From: a virus
Lineage: Duplodnaviria > Caudoviricetes
Length of the DNA: 64,000 nt
Direction: 5' to 3' (one strand)
IMG/VR virus record: IMGVR_UViG_3300013121_000027
Location: 32,001 to 96,000 of that record
This document shows positions 1 through 9,047 of this stretch, in pieces (within the stretch, counting starts at the first letter, position 1; each line of letters opens with the position of its first letter). Both the position numbers and the translations under genes were made by a program. The notes beneath the pieces were generated by a model. The model saw only the letters and a list, made by a program, of their open reading frames with translations, searched no databases and had not been told where the DNA came from.

Positions 1-1
1 G

Positions 2-226
2 TTTGATATTCGAACTGTCAAGACTGTTGAAGTTCGTTGCAATCAGGATAAAACAAATGTCACTATCACTTTCAAAGATGTTCTTGATAAACAGAATTTG
101 ACCGTTGCCCTTACTGAACAGGCTGCCGACTGGTTAAGTGATCAGTTAGGCATTCAGGCATTGATGGCTCGTAATGGTGCTGATAACCCACGTAAAGCTA
201 TTCCTCATTCGTCTCGTTTTACCTAA
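2..226 (+). CDS. 3' part of a hypothetical protein, truncated by the window start
   Basis: Frame 2 is open from the window start to TAA at 224-226, with codon usage like neighbouring genes. Confidence 0.6.
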   Translation, partial: FDIRTVKTVEVRCNQDKTNVTITFKDVLDKQNLTVALTEQAADWLSDQLGIQALMARNGADNPRKAIPHSSRFT

Positions 227-362
227 ATCTCTTTCCTGCTTGGAAAAGAAAAAGATTTTATTCAGATTTCTGAACTCAATCTTTAATAACAAATAATAAC
301 AACCATAACTTACCTTAACCCTTTATGGGCTATCTGAGTTTATTAGCTATTGGAGTATAACA

Positions 363-1409
363 ATGAATCACGCTCTTCTCGATGGGCTCCTGGAAGATTT
401 CGGTACCTTTGATGATACCCTTGAGCAGTTGGAAATGTCCGGTGAGATCGTAACGATCGCTGCCGGTAAATGGAACAACGCTCAGGAAGCTATTGTCGTT
501 GGTGACAAGAGTCATATGTTCAATGTGAGGTATCGCTTCGCTGATCCGATTCTGTCCTCGATCATTCTTCGTAAGACTCTTACCGCTACTCATCCTGAGG
601 GTCGCATCGACTTCAATGCCACTATCGTTTCCCACCGCGACCTTCAGGTCCAGGTTGGTGACGATTGGATTGACATCGGCGCCTTTGCCGCTGCTGCGGT
701 TCGTCGTGCCTCGCCCAATGCTCATCAGACTGATGACACCATCCTGAACATTCTCGCTCAGTATGGTTGGAATCCTACTGAGCGTTTTCCGATGTATCTC
801 CAGCACCTTGGCGCTGGTCAGGATGCATTCAACCAGATCGCTAGTCATTTTGTGAGCATTGGTGCTACCGACAATACCAAGGATGTGCGTTCTCGTGCAC
901 AGGGTCAGCGTAGCTCTGTTCTCGCTGCCTATCGTCATCCTGGTGATGTTCCCGTCATTTCCATGGAAACCTCCAAGGCAAACCGCAGTCTCAGCATGAC
1001 GGGCTCTGGCTTCATCGGTTTCCTCGATGGCACTTGGGGTACCTTGACCAAGGTTCTTGTTGCTCACCGTACTCGTCAGGCTCTCCAGACGATTCTCGAC
1101 AACCCGAACTCTACTGAGGCTCAGCGTACTCAGGCAGCTGCCAATCAGGCTCACATTCGCAACATTTTCACCACTCCCGTTCTTGCCCGTGCCTTCCGTA
1201 ACTGGGGTGGCACGACTGAAGTTCCTGATGTTCTCGGTGAGAACCCCAGCCGCTACTTCGCACAGCAGGTTCCTTGTGGTCGTTTCACCATTGACGGTGG
1301 TACGACCTACTCGGTGTGGACTTCTCGTGCAGATGGTACCGCTACGGCAACTCTTCCTGCTGCGACTCTTGCGGACGCTCTTCCTGCTTTGGAAACTGGT
1401 ACTTTCTGA
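363..1409 (+). CDS. Hypothetical protein (348 aa) with strongly C/T-ending codon usage
   Basis: Long ORF with GGAG RBS at about 352; no recognisable motif. Confidence 0.75.
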   Translation: MNHALLDGLLEDFGTFDDTLEQLEMSGEIVTIAAGKWNNAQEAIVVGDKSHMFNVRYRFADPILSSIILRKTLTATHPEGRIDFNATIVSHRDLQVQVGDDWIDIGAFAAAAVRRASPNAHQTDDTILNILAQYGWNPTERFPMYLQHLGAGQDAFNQIASHFVSIGATDNTKDVRSRAQGQRSSVLAAYRHPGDVPVISMETSKANRSLSMTGSGFIGFLDGTWGTLTKVLVAHRTRQALQTILDNPNSTEAQRTQAAANQAHIRNIFTTPVLARAFRNWGGTTEVPDVLGENPSRYFAQQVPCGRFTIDGGTTYSVWTSRADGTATATLPAATLADALPALETGTF

Positions 1410-1639
1410 AAAGAAAGATGTAGCGCCAATATTCTCATATAGGTGCTACAAAGATGGTTTTAAATTCTTTTAATTGGTTGCTCATCGAATTAAAGGAATT
1501 CTAAATCTCTTACCGCCCCCGCAAGAGATTCCAGAACGCCATCGATAAAACTAAAGTTTAGAATTAGGTTTTATCGCTCTTTTATATGATAAGATACGAT
1601 ACTGTTAATATCCTTTCTCATTAAAGGTATTTCAATATC

Positions 1640-1852
1640 GTGACCAAACAACATAATTGTAAAGAAGTAAATTCAATGCTGAAGCAGATTGAGAAGCATG
1701 GCTTTTCCGTCTCCGCAAAAGCTAAATCTGGTAGCGTTAAGATAACTCCACCTTCAAATATTAAAGGTACTGTTTATCATACCCATGCTACTCAATCTTC
1801 ACTTCATCAAATCAGACGTGATTTTGCACGATTATATGGAGTGAAACTTTAA
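1640..1852 (+). CDS. HicA-like (dsRBD-fold) small protein
   Basis: Pattern K..L....GF.V.....S.K..PP.....V.T...S....RRD resembles phage HicA-like proteins; the usual catalytic His appears replaced (GSV). Confidence 0.45.
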   Translation: MTKQHNCKEVNSMLKQIEKHGFSVSAKAKSGSVKITPPSNIKGTVYHTHATQSSLHQIRRDFARLYGVKL

Positions 1853-1950
1853 GTTGATGTTTTGTTACTCGTCTTTGAAAAAGATGGGGAATAATTCAAG
1901 TTCTGCAAATAAATATCAATCAACTTTACAAGGGGAGAAGTTTCAATACC

Positions 1951-4572
1951 ATGACTTTTTTTAGAGTTTACGACAACTCTGATTACGTCAAGTGCAATTT
2001 CATTTCGGATGATGCTTTGGCAGCTGAAATGAATGAGCGTAACCGTGCTAACGACTATCCAGCCGTTAGCTCGCCTGCTCTTATGGGGGGATACTGTTAT
2101 CCGATTCTGGATGACATCGTAGCGACTCATGCTAAAGGCGCTACGTATCAGATTCTTAAGGCTGGACTTCCTAAGAATGATGTCGCTAATCACGACAAAA
2201 TTTTGAGGCTTGTCGCTCAGCCTGAAACGCTCTATGCCTATGTAGATTCGGGTGACATCACTGTCGTCCAAATCGAAAATTGGAACCGTGCAGCGCTTCC
2301 TTTGTCTTCTATCAATTGGCTCATTTCCAACGGTAACAAGACTTTTAAGCGTCTCAAAACTCTTAATCGTCCTTTCCGTCTTTGGGATATTTCCGAAGAA
2401 GAGCTTCGCGTTATCGTTGTTGAAGATGATGATTATACCAATGAAGACCTTTCGGATTACACTGAAGCAGAGATTGAGCGCCTCTTGGATGGCGCTATCG
2501 TCATCAATCCCAAACTTTTTCAGGATTGTCTTGCTAATATCAAGTTTCCTGAATATGTTCAAGATGACAATCATCCCGAATTCGCCGTTGACTATTATCG
2601 TCAACAAGAATATTTGCGTCAGAGTGCAAACTTTCATGCATTCAATGGTCGCATTTTTGGACCGATGCATTTCATTGGTCTTCATCCTGGTGAAGAAGAT
2701 GATAAGTATCGCCGTCCTGGTATGCTCAAGGGTGAAGTTTTTCTTGATGTATCTGGTATGTGCGAACGGATGCATGCCGATATCATCTGTGCCCGTAGTG
2801 CCTTGAAGTTTGAAGTTGCCAATACCACTCAGCGTATTGTTCTTCTTGAGCCTCAAAAAGCCAAGTTGTCTGGCGTTTCTTCCGATCTTCAAACCATGAT
2901 CAATGTTCCTGCATTGTATCAGCCTGAAGATGTTCAGAAATGGACTCGCAACTTCTTGTTGGCTAACTTTAATCGTCTCAAGAACAATGAAGTCATGGAA
3001 TCTTGGTACGATATGTCCACTCCATTCTTCAATTCAAGTGCACGTATTTTCAATCAGAATGATGTACTCACTCTGACTAAGTGGAATGCTCGTGCTTGGT
3101 TGATGAGTGGTTTGCGTCTTACCGACTCTCCTTGGCTCTTTGAACAAATGGGTTCTGCAATCGCTAAGACTCTTCGTGTTCAAGATGAACAAAAGCTTCG
3201 CTTTCCGATTCCCTGCGCTGTACGTGCTCAGGTAGTCTCTGCATCATTTGCCTCTATGGCAGGATGTGATATGGAGGTCGTTCCTCAATCTGCTCGCTGG
3301 TGTGAAGATCTCGAAGCTATCGTTGTCAACGATATCGATTGGTTGGAAATGTATCGTAGTCATGGCGGACCTGATCTTGATGACTTCTTCGTTGCATACT
3401 GGCGTACTATTGGAAATACTCGCAAGATTGTTCTTGTTCGTTCTCCCAATGATTTGGGTGAATACAGCATTTTTGATTACGTCGAAGGTGACTGGTATCC
3501 TCAGATGGAAACTCATGATGGAGGATTTATTCTCTTTCCTGAAGTTTCTAACGATCCTAATCTTTGGGCTCAGCGCTTGTCTGAAGCCTATGAGTTGGGC
3601 GAAATCATCTACACCGGATTGCCCTCCGATGCTGATACAACTAAACCTGATCCTCATCCATACTGTTATGACGATGTAAAGTATCTTATCGAAAATAACG
3701 TCGCATCTGCGTCTTGTGTTGGTGCAAATGTCAACGCTCGTAGCTTGTGGGCATTGACTAAGCGTGAGCATCGTAAGGTTCAGTTGACTACCATGGAATC
3801 CTGCATTGACACAGGAACTCAAGGTGGACATCAAGACGATATTCAGGCTGTTCATGCTGAGGCTCGCCAGATTGTTGATGATATCATTGCAGATACTACT
3901 CTGAAGATTGACTCATATATGTGGTATACGAGATTCGCTAGCATTTTCAAGATGCCATTTTCTCCATCTCGTTTGACTTCAGATACGCATGTTTCTCGCG
4001 CAAATCAATTCCGTAAGGATGCTGCTCGCTCTTTCAATAAGATGGTTCGTGATTACGCTCAAACCCACCTTGTTAAGAACTTGAATCCAGTCATTCATGC
4101 ACTTGGCGCAAAACGTCTTCGTGCAGGATATGAAGTGATTCGCGAAACTCGTATGCAGATGTATCGCATGCAGACTACCGGAGATCAGACTCTTGAATAC
4201 AACTCTTGGCAGGATGTACATAAACTTATGTTGGAAAAGATTCATGAATTTAAATCTGATGTCGACAAGTTTGATTTTGTTCTTGGTATGTATTCCGCAT
4301 GTTTCAAAGCCCCTACCACTGCAGGTGGACGCATCACTGATCAATTGGTGATGAATCCACACATCTTTCCGTATCTCCTTAACGCACTTCGTTTCTATGG
4401 TCTTGCCTTCTACATCAATGTTGATGATGAAGGTCAGATCGTTCGGAATAAGGTGAACGAATGGGAGCTTGAGTGTAAGGTTTGCGGCGTTATAAAGACT
4501 ACGGATAATCCTACGATTCTCCAGTCTTATCACACCCATCTTGGTGTGTGTATGGAATGCCGTAACCCTTAA
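1951..4572 (+). CDS. Putative single-subunit two-barrel (YonO / cellular RdRP-like) RNA polymerase, 873 aa
   Basis: Motifs LLDGAIVI, R...GMLKGE, HGGPDLDDFF, LVRSPN, VGANVN and CIDTGTQG resemble RdRP/YonO motifs (DG..I, KG, GGxDxDxD, RSP, G..xN, D..KTG); C-terminal CxxC...CxxC. Confidence 0.55.
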   Translation: MTFFRVYDNSDYVKCNFISDDALAAEMNERNRANDYPAVSSPALMGGYCYPILDDIVATHAKGATYQILKAGLPKNDVANHDKILRLVAQPETLYAYVDSGDITVVQIENWNRAALPLSSINWLISNGNKTFKRLKTLNRPFRLWDISEEELRVIVVEDDDYTNEDLSDYTEAEIERLLDGAIVINPKLFQDCLANIKFPEYVQDDNHPEFAVDYYRQQEYLRQSANFHAFNGRIFGPMHFIGLHPGEEDDKYRRPGMLKGEVFLDVSGMCERMHADIICARSALKFEVANTTQRIVLLEPQKAKLSGVSSDLQTMINVPALYQPEDVQKWTRNFLLANFNRLKNNEVMESWYDMSTPFFNSSARIFNQNDVLTLTKWNARAWLMSGLRLTDSPWLFEQMGSAIAKTLRVQDEQKLRFPIPCAVRAQVVSASFASMAGCDMEVVPQSARWCEDLEAIVVNDIDWLEMYRSHGGPDLDDFFVAYWRTIGNTRKIVLVRSPNDLGEYSIFDYVEGDWYPQMETHDGGFILFPEVSNDPNLWAQRLSEAYELGEIIYTGLPSDADTTKPDPHPYCYDDVKYLIENNVASASCVGANVNARSLWALTKREHRKVQLTTMESCIDTGTQGGHQDDIQAVHAEARQIVDDIIADTTLKIDSYMWYTRFASIFKMPFSPSRLTSDTHVSRANQFRKDAARSFNKMVRDYAQTHLVKNLNPVIHALGAKRLRAGYEVIRETRMQMYRMQTTGDQTLEYNSWQDVHKLMLEKIHEFKSDVDKFDFVLGMYSACFKAPTTAGGRITDQLVMNPHIFPYLLNALRFYGLAFYINVDDEGQIVRNKVNEWELECKVCGVIKTTDNPTILQSYHTHLGVCMECRNP

Positions 4573-4596
4573 ATCTCCTGCTGGAAGCAAAAGGTG

Positions 4597-4676
4597 AGGG
4601 GATGGGGTATTGTATTTTGTTCGATGTGAATACTCCTATTATTCGCTACGTAAGTATACAATGCTCCATCCCCTCC
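4597..4676 (+). terminator. Long stable hairpin after the polymerase-like gene (terminator or stabilising element)
   Basis: GAGGGGATGGGGTATTGTAT pairs with ATACAATGCTCCATCCCCTC (about 20 bp including G-U pairs). Confidence 0.55.
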
Positions 4677-5145
4677 TTGGAATGATCTGAGGTTTCTTAA
4701 TGAATAATAAATCGCAAAATGCATGGTTGAAAACTCAAACTGCATGGACGTTGATTATTGTTCTTATGCTATTGAATCTTTCTCCTATTGCAATTATTGT
4801 ATTTATTCTTTGGCTTTTTAACGTGGAGTAATTCAATGTTTTTCAAAAAGACAAAAGAACAGCTGATTCAGAAATCAGAAAATATAACCTCAATTCTAAC
4901 TTTCAAGTTGGATGAGGCTAATAGGAATCTTATTAAAGTTTCCGACGTAGCTTCTACCCTTCTTGCTCTTTTAATGATGAATATGTTAGTTCTCACGGTA
5001 GCTGTCATATTCCTTATTTTTTAGATCTGAGACTCAATTGCGTCAGACAAGAAAAAGATGGATCCCGTTAGTTCGCCCACGCTCGCAAGAGGCAGTGCTT
5101 AGGATTGAAACGATAGCTTCTATTATCTGATTGAGTTAAAATCAG

Positions 5146-5169
5146 AAGGTTCAGTCAAGAACCTTTTTT
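5146..5169 (+). terminator. Rho-independent terminator-like hairpin
   Basis: AAGGTTC-AGTCAA-GAACCTT followed by a T run. Confidence 0.5.
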
Positions 5170-5527
5170 GAGGTTTGCGCAAAACCAATAAATAAATAGC
5201 TTTTATAAGAACTTTACTTTGTGAAAAGTAGATGACTTTCTCCCAGTAAATGGTAGGTTCATTAAGTTGAACTGGATTCAAAAAGAGAAGAATTTCTTTA
5301 TAAAAGAGTGATACAGGTGGAGTACCTGAGGGTGTGATGATACCTTAGTATCCTAACCATGAGTTTGGTAGAGCTTATGTAAAAGTAGAGTTTACTCGTG
5401 ATTTAAAAGAGACGATCTTATTAACTTATTTTAATAAATCAAGCGCTTTTAATACAGGTGACGACGATCTGTAGAGCTTGTCAGTTGCTGTAAAATTGGA
5501 ACTGTCGCTTTCACAGGAAGGACAAGT

Positions 5528-5938
5528 ATGGGATATCGTAAAAGAAATATAGATCCAGATCCTGTTTGTCCAACTTGTGGAAAATATAAAGAATATAGAG
5601 TTCTTCATGGTGTTTATATAAAGCACGGACGAGTCTATAATAGACCCGCTAGAAACTGGACTACTAAAATTATTTTTTCTAAAAGATTAAATAAATTTAT
5701 AAGTAGAAAAATAGCAGATGAAAATCCAACCGTTAGAACTCGCGTCAATAAAAAGAAGTATCGTATACCATTTGATCGCGTAAGAAAATATGCTTTTTGT
5801 TCCGATCCTTTCCATGATTATATTTCTAAAGAAGATCGTCCAAAAGAAAAAGTTATACCACCAAAAGTTCACAATCCTGACTTAACTGAAAAGAAAAAAT
5901 TAATGAAACGCGATCTTCAAGGAAAACATCGTCGTTAA
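5528..5938 (+). CDS. Basic hypothetical protein with CxxC
   Basis: ORF with AAGGA RBS; CPTC and C...H residues. Confidence 0.6.
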   Translation: MGYRKRNIDPDPVCPTCGKYKEYRVLHGVYIKHGRVYNRPARNWTTKIIFSKRLNKFISRKIADENPTVRTRVNKKKYRIPFDRVRKYAFCSDPFHDYISKEDRPKEKVIPPKVHNPDLTEKKKLMKRDLQGKHRR

Positions 5939-5955
5939 CATTTTGTAAAAGTGAT

Positions 5956-5984
5956 TTGACAGCTTTTTCAATCATTTGTATACT
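5956..5984 (+). promoter_or_regulatory. Sigma70/SigA-type promoter
   Basis: TTGACA-17 nt-TATACT, upstream of the tRNA-Pro locus. Confidence 0.75.
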
Positions 5985-6023
5985 AGCAATTACTAACTAA
6001 TAGCTATTAAACTTTTTTATTTA

Positions 6024-6065
6024 CGGGACGTAGCTCAGCTTGGTAGCGCACCTGCTTTTGGTGCA
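6024..6065 (+). pseudogene. 5' half of a tRNA-Pro, truncated after the anticodon loop
   Basis: CGGGACG TA GCTC AGCTTGGTA GCGC A CCTGC TTTTGGT GCA; no T arm or 3' acceptor strand follows. Confidence 0.7.
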
Positions 6066-6081
6066 AAAAATCCAAACTTGA

Positions 6082-6276
6082 TCTTCTGCCAACGACTACT
6101 ATGGGATTAAGTGTTGTAATGAAAACTGCCTTTTAACCGTTAAACAAATTAATATTCCAAAAGAACTTATAGATGTCCATCATATTGATGGCAATAGAAG
6201 TAACAATAATTTAGATAATTTAATACCTCTTTGCGTATGGTGTCATGCTATCACAACAAGAAATGTTATACTATAA
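6082..6276 (+). pseudogene. HNH endonuclease remnant (not in the ORF track)
   Basis: Frame reads ...CCNENC...ELIDVHHIDGNRSNNNLDNLIPLCVWCHA...; upstream in-frame TGA at 6079 and no start codon. Confidence 0.75.
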
Positions 6277-6283
6277 AATTTAC

Positions 6284-6354
6284 CGGGCATTGGTATAGTG
6301 GTAAAACACTTGCTTTGGGAGCAAGAGTCACAGATTCGATTTCTGTATGCCCGA
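6284..6354 (+). tRNA. tRNA-Pro(TGG)
   Basis: CGGGCAT/ATGCCCG acceptor; CTTGC-TTTGGGA-GCAAG anticodon arm; ACAGA-TTCGATT-TCTGT T arm. Confidence 0.9.
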
Positions 6355-6357
6355 CTT

Positions 6358-6693
6358 ATGGAACCTTATAAACTAGATCAAGAATTTCTTGAAGCAAAAT
6401 CTCTTTTAGAAAATCTTTTTGCGCAGCTTCAACAATTAGAAGTCCTTGGATCTTTAAATCAATCTCTTATTCCAGAAACGATTGAAATCATGAAAATGAT
6501 GTTTAATCGCATTATTGAATTAGATTGCATGTTTGATAAATCTGATGATTTTGCTTTGCGTCTTAATCAAGCTTTATCTAAAGCAGATCCAGTAGCCGCA
6601 CTTCCCCTTGCTATTGAAGGGGTAGTCCTTCTTGATGATGTAGATGATCTTATTGCTAATTTCATATTTAAAGTTGATTCTGATGAAACATGA
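6358..6693 (+). CDS. Hypothetical protein; start revised to ATG 6358 after the tRNA
   Basis: The track start at 6298 lies inside tRNA-Pro. Confidence 0.6.
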   Translation: MEPYKLDQEFLEAKSLLENLFAQLQQLEVLGSLNQSLIPETIEIMKMMFNRIIELDCMFDKSDDFALRLNQALSKADPVAALPLAIEGVVLLDDVDDLIANFIFKVDSDET

Positions 6694-7047
6694 TTTCACT
6701 AATCAAGCCGCTATCATAAAAGGATATTATCTTAATCATGAAGGTTCGACCCATTACGAAGATTGCTGGAAATCGCACCCCCGTTGTGCTATTTCGCGAC
6801 TTACTCACATCGTCTTCTGTGCCGAGGAAGAAATCAAAAGGCTCGAAAAAGCGTTAGGTGAGCAAACTGAGTCTGTTCGTAAATGGAAAAATCGCGAACA
6901 TTCAAAATCTAAAAGACTCGCTAAAGCTCGTCAAGAAGCAGAACATCTTAAATCTATTATTAAGCTTCTTAAACCATCTCCATCTAATGTAAACAACTTC
7001 AAAAATAGATGGAATAACAAAAAAAAGCTATAACAGAAAGGTAAGCT

Positions 7048-8235
7048 ATGGTACGTACATACGACATCCTTGATTCCGATGGAAATGAGGGTCGTGCGCA
7101 ATATAAAAGTCCCATTAAGAAATATGTTGCATTGGGAGTTGTTGGGGTTTTCCTCTTCATTTCTTTCATTGTAATCCTTGTTGGGGCTTCTCTCAACCGT
7201 GTTTCTGCCAATGAATGGGGTTGTCTGTACGGTGGCGGTCTTTATGAAAGCCACGGTTTGAAGGAAACCATTGCGCCAGGTAAGTCTGGTGGCATGACGA
7301 TTTTCGACACAATGAAAACCGTTCCTTCGGATGATCGGTTTTACTTTATCGATACAGATCCAAATACCGCAGACATTGGCGCAACTCCCATCATTGTCCC
7401 CGCACAGGGCACCTCAGACGAGTCTCAGGGCATTGTGAATGTAAGTGTTGAGGTTCAGGTTCGTTTCGTTATTAACGAGAACGCCTGTCAGCTTTACACT
7501 TCTAAACTCAAGCGTCTTGAACCACTCAACTTTGATACTCCCAGCGGTAAGTCTCCTGGTGGTTGGGGAAGCTTCCTTAATACTCAGTTGAATCAGGCAC
7601 TCATCAAGGCTTCTCGTCCTTTGGTTGCCCCATATAACTACATTCAATTGTATTCCAATAGTCAGATTCAAGTTGACGGTAAGAATACCCTTGTCTATGA
7701 CTTTATGGAAACTGAGTATGCTCAAAAGCTTACTGATGAGTTGAATACCACTCTTGGTGGTACTTTCTTCTGTGGACCCACGTATCGTTATGATGGTCAT
7801 GTTGATGGCGATTTCGATAATGGTTGTCCTCCGATTGAAGTTACCGTTAAGCGTGTTGCCCCAACTGATCCACAGCTGATCACTAACCTTGAGACTACTG
7901 TTAAGAACCAGGAACAGATCAAGGTGATTAAGTCCGAGCAAGAAAAGAAGCTTGCTCAGACTGCCGCAGATCAGGCAACTCAGCTTGCTGAAATCAAGCG
8001 TCAACAAGAAGTTGAAACTGCTCAGGCAGCCAAGGATCTTGTTGTTGCGCAGGCACAGAAGCAACTCTTCCTTGCGCAGAATGAAAATGCTCAAGTGAAG
8101 GCTCTTGCTGAAACTGCATTCTGTACTCAGCTTGCTGAAATTGGCGTAAACTGCGCTGATTATTGGGCATCAATGAATTGGCGCCCAACCACAATTCTTA
8201 GCGATGCAACTGGCGTTAACGTCAATTTGAAGTAG
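7048..8235 (+). CDS. SPFH/band-7 family membrane protein
   Basis: N-terminal TM helix, V...EWG.LYGGG, SPFH-like core and C-terminal Ala/Gln/Glu coiled coil. Confidence 0.7.
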   Translation: MVRTYDILDSDGNEGRAQYKSPIKKYVALGVVGVFLFISFIVILVGASLNRVSANEWGCLYGGGLYESHGLKETIAPGKSGGMTIFDTMKTVPSDDRFYFIDTDPNTADIGATPIIVPAQGTSDESQGIVNVSVEVQVRFVINENACQLYTSKLKRLEPLNFDTPSGKSPGGWGSFLNTQLNQALIKASRPLVAPYNYIQLYSNSQIQVDGKNTLVYDFMETEYAQKLTDELNTTLGGTFFCGPTYRYDGHVDGDFDNGCPPIEVTVKRVAPTDPQLITNLETTVKNQEQIKVIKSEQEKKLAQTAADQATQLAEIKRQQEVETAQAAKDLVVAQAQKQLFLAQNENAQVKALAETAFCTQLAEIGVNCADYWASMNWRPTTILSDATGVNVNLK

Positions 8236-8245
8236 CTAATGGTTT

Positions 8246-8272
8246 TCCGAGATAACTCAATCGGTTAGAGTA
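8246..8272 (+). pseudogene. tRNA 5' fragment (acceptor strand plus D arm)
   Basis: TCCGAGA TA ACTC AATCGGTTA GAGT A, then the sequence switches to the HNH promoter. Confidence 0.6.
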
Positions 8273-8275
8273 TTG

Positions 8276-8284
8276 TGATATAAT
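8276..8284 (+). promoter_or_regulatory. Extended -10 promoter, probably giving a leaderless HNH transcript
   Basis: TG-A-TATAAT ends 6 nt before ATG 8291; no SD sequence. Confidence 0.55.
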
Positions 8285-8290
8285 GTAGAT

Positions 8291-8806
8291 ATGTCATATA
8301 AATACATTAAATCATTTCGCGAACGAAGACGAGTTTTCTTACGGGAATACCTTGGTGGTAAATGTGTCATTTGTGGGGCTACAGAGGAGTTGGAATTCGA
8401 TCATATAAATCCAGATTTAAAATTATTTGATATTTCTAATCATTTACATTTAAATCTTAAAGATCTTTTGATCGAAGTTAATAAATGTCAACTTCTCTGT
8501 AGCCCCCACCACATCGCTAAAAGTATTAGAGATTCTTTAGGAAAGAATTCTTGGAATGCAGGTACTGCTACGCATGGAAAACGTTATACTGCGTATACTT
8601 TAAATTGTAATTGTAATAAATGCGATCAGTTTAAAATAAATCAAAGATCTAAAACTAATCCTTATATTCATTTTGGTGGATCACAAATTATTCACGGAAC
8701 AAGAGGTGGCTATTTGAAAGAGGGGCGGTTAGGATTGGAGAGATGTGAAGCTTGTAAGAAAGCGAATGCAGAGTACCATAATAAATTTCGAGGACGTATA
8801 GTTTAG
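8291..8806 (+). CDS. HNH endonuclease with C-terminal HG...C..C repeats
   Basis: CVICG...LEFDHINP...CQLLCSPHH; two HG(K/T)..Y....C..C motifs. Confidence 0.85.
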   Translation: MSYKYIKSFRERRRVFLREYLGGKCVICGATEELEFDHINPDLKLFDISNHLHLNLKDLLIEVNKCQLLCSPHHIAKSIRDSLGKNSWNAGTATHGKRYTAYTLNCNCNKCDQFKINQRSKTNPYIHFGGSQIIHGTRGGYLKEGRLGLERCEACKKANAEYHNKFRGRIV

Positions 8807-8866
8807 CTTGGTTAAAACATTATCCTGATAAGATAAAGAGCGGAAGTTCAAATCTTTCTACGTCTA
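8792..8866 (+). tRNA. tRNA-Ile(GAT), overlapping the HNH stop codon
   Basis: GGACGTA/TACGTCT; TTATC-CTGATAA-GATAA; GGAAG-TTCAAAT-CTTTC. Confidence 0.9.
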
Positions 8867-8868
8867 CT

Positions 8869-9036
8869 ATGGCAAACGAAAAACAAAAAGAGCTTGCTGC
8901 AAGGGTTCATGCAGCTCATCTTCTTTCTGATATCCCACCTTGGATACATAAACTCTTAGATGATCTATCTCAAGAATTATCTGAAGTTCAACAAGCTTTA
9001 GATTATGAACTTGATGATACCGCCTGGCATATATAA
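8869..9036 (+). CDS. Small hypothetical protein (55 aa, below the track cutoff)
   Basis: ATG 2 nt after the tRNA-Ile discriminator; open to TAA 9034-9036. Confidence 0.5.
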   Translation: MANEKQKELAARVHAAHLLSDIPPWIHKLLDDLSQELSEVQQALDYELDDTAWHI

Positions 9037-9047
9037 AGGAAAATTAA

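Noticed and set aside
1640-1852. Complete HicAB toxin-antitoxin module
   Set aside because: No HicB-like partner adjacent and the catalytic His is not evident
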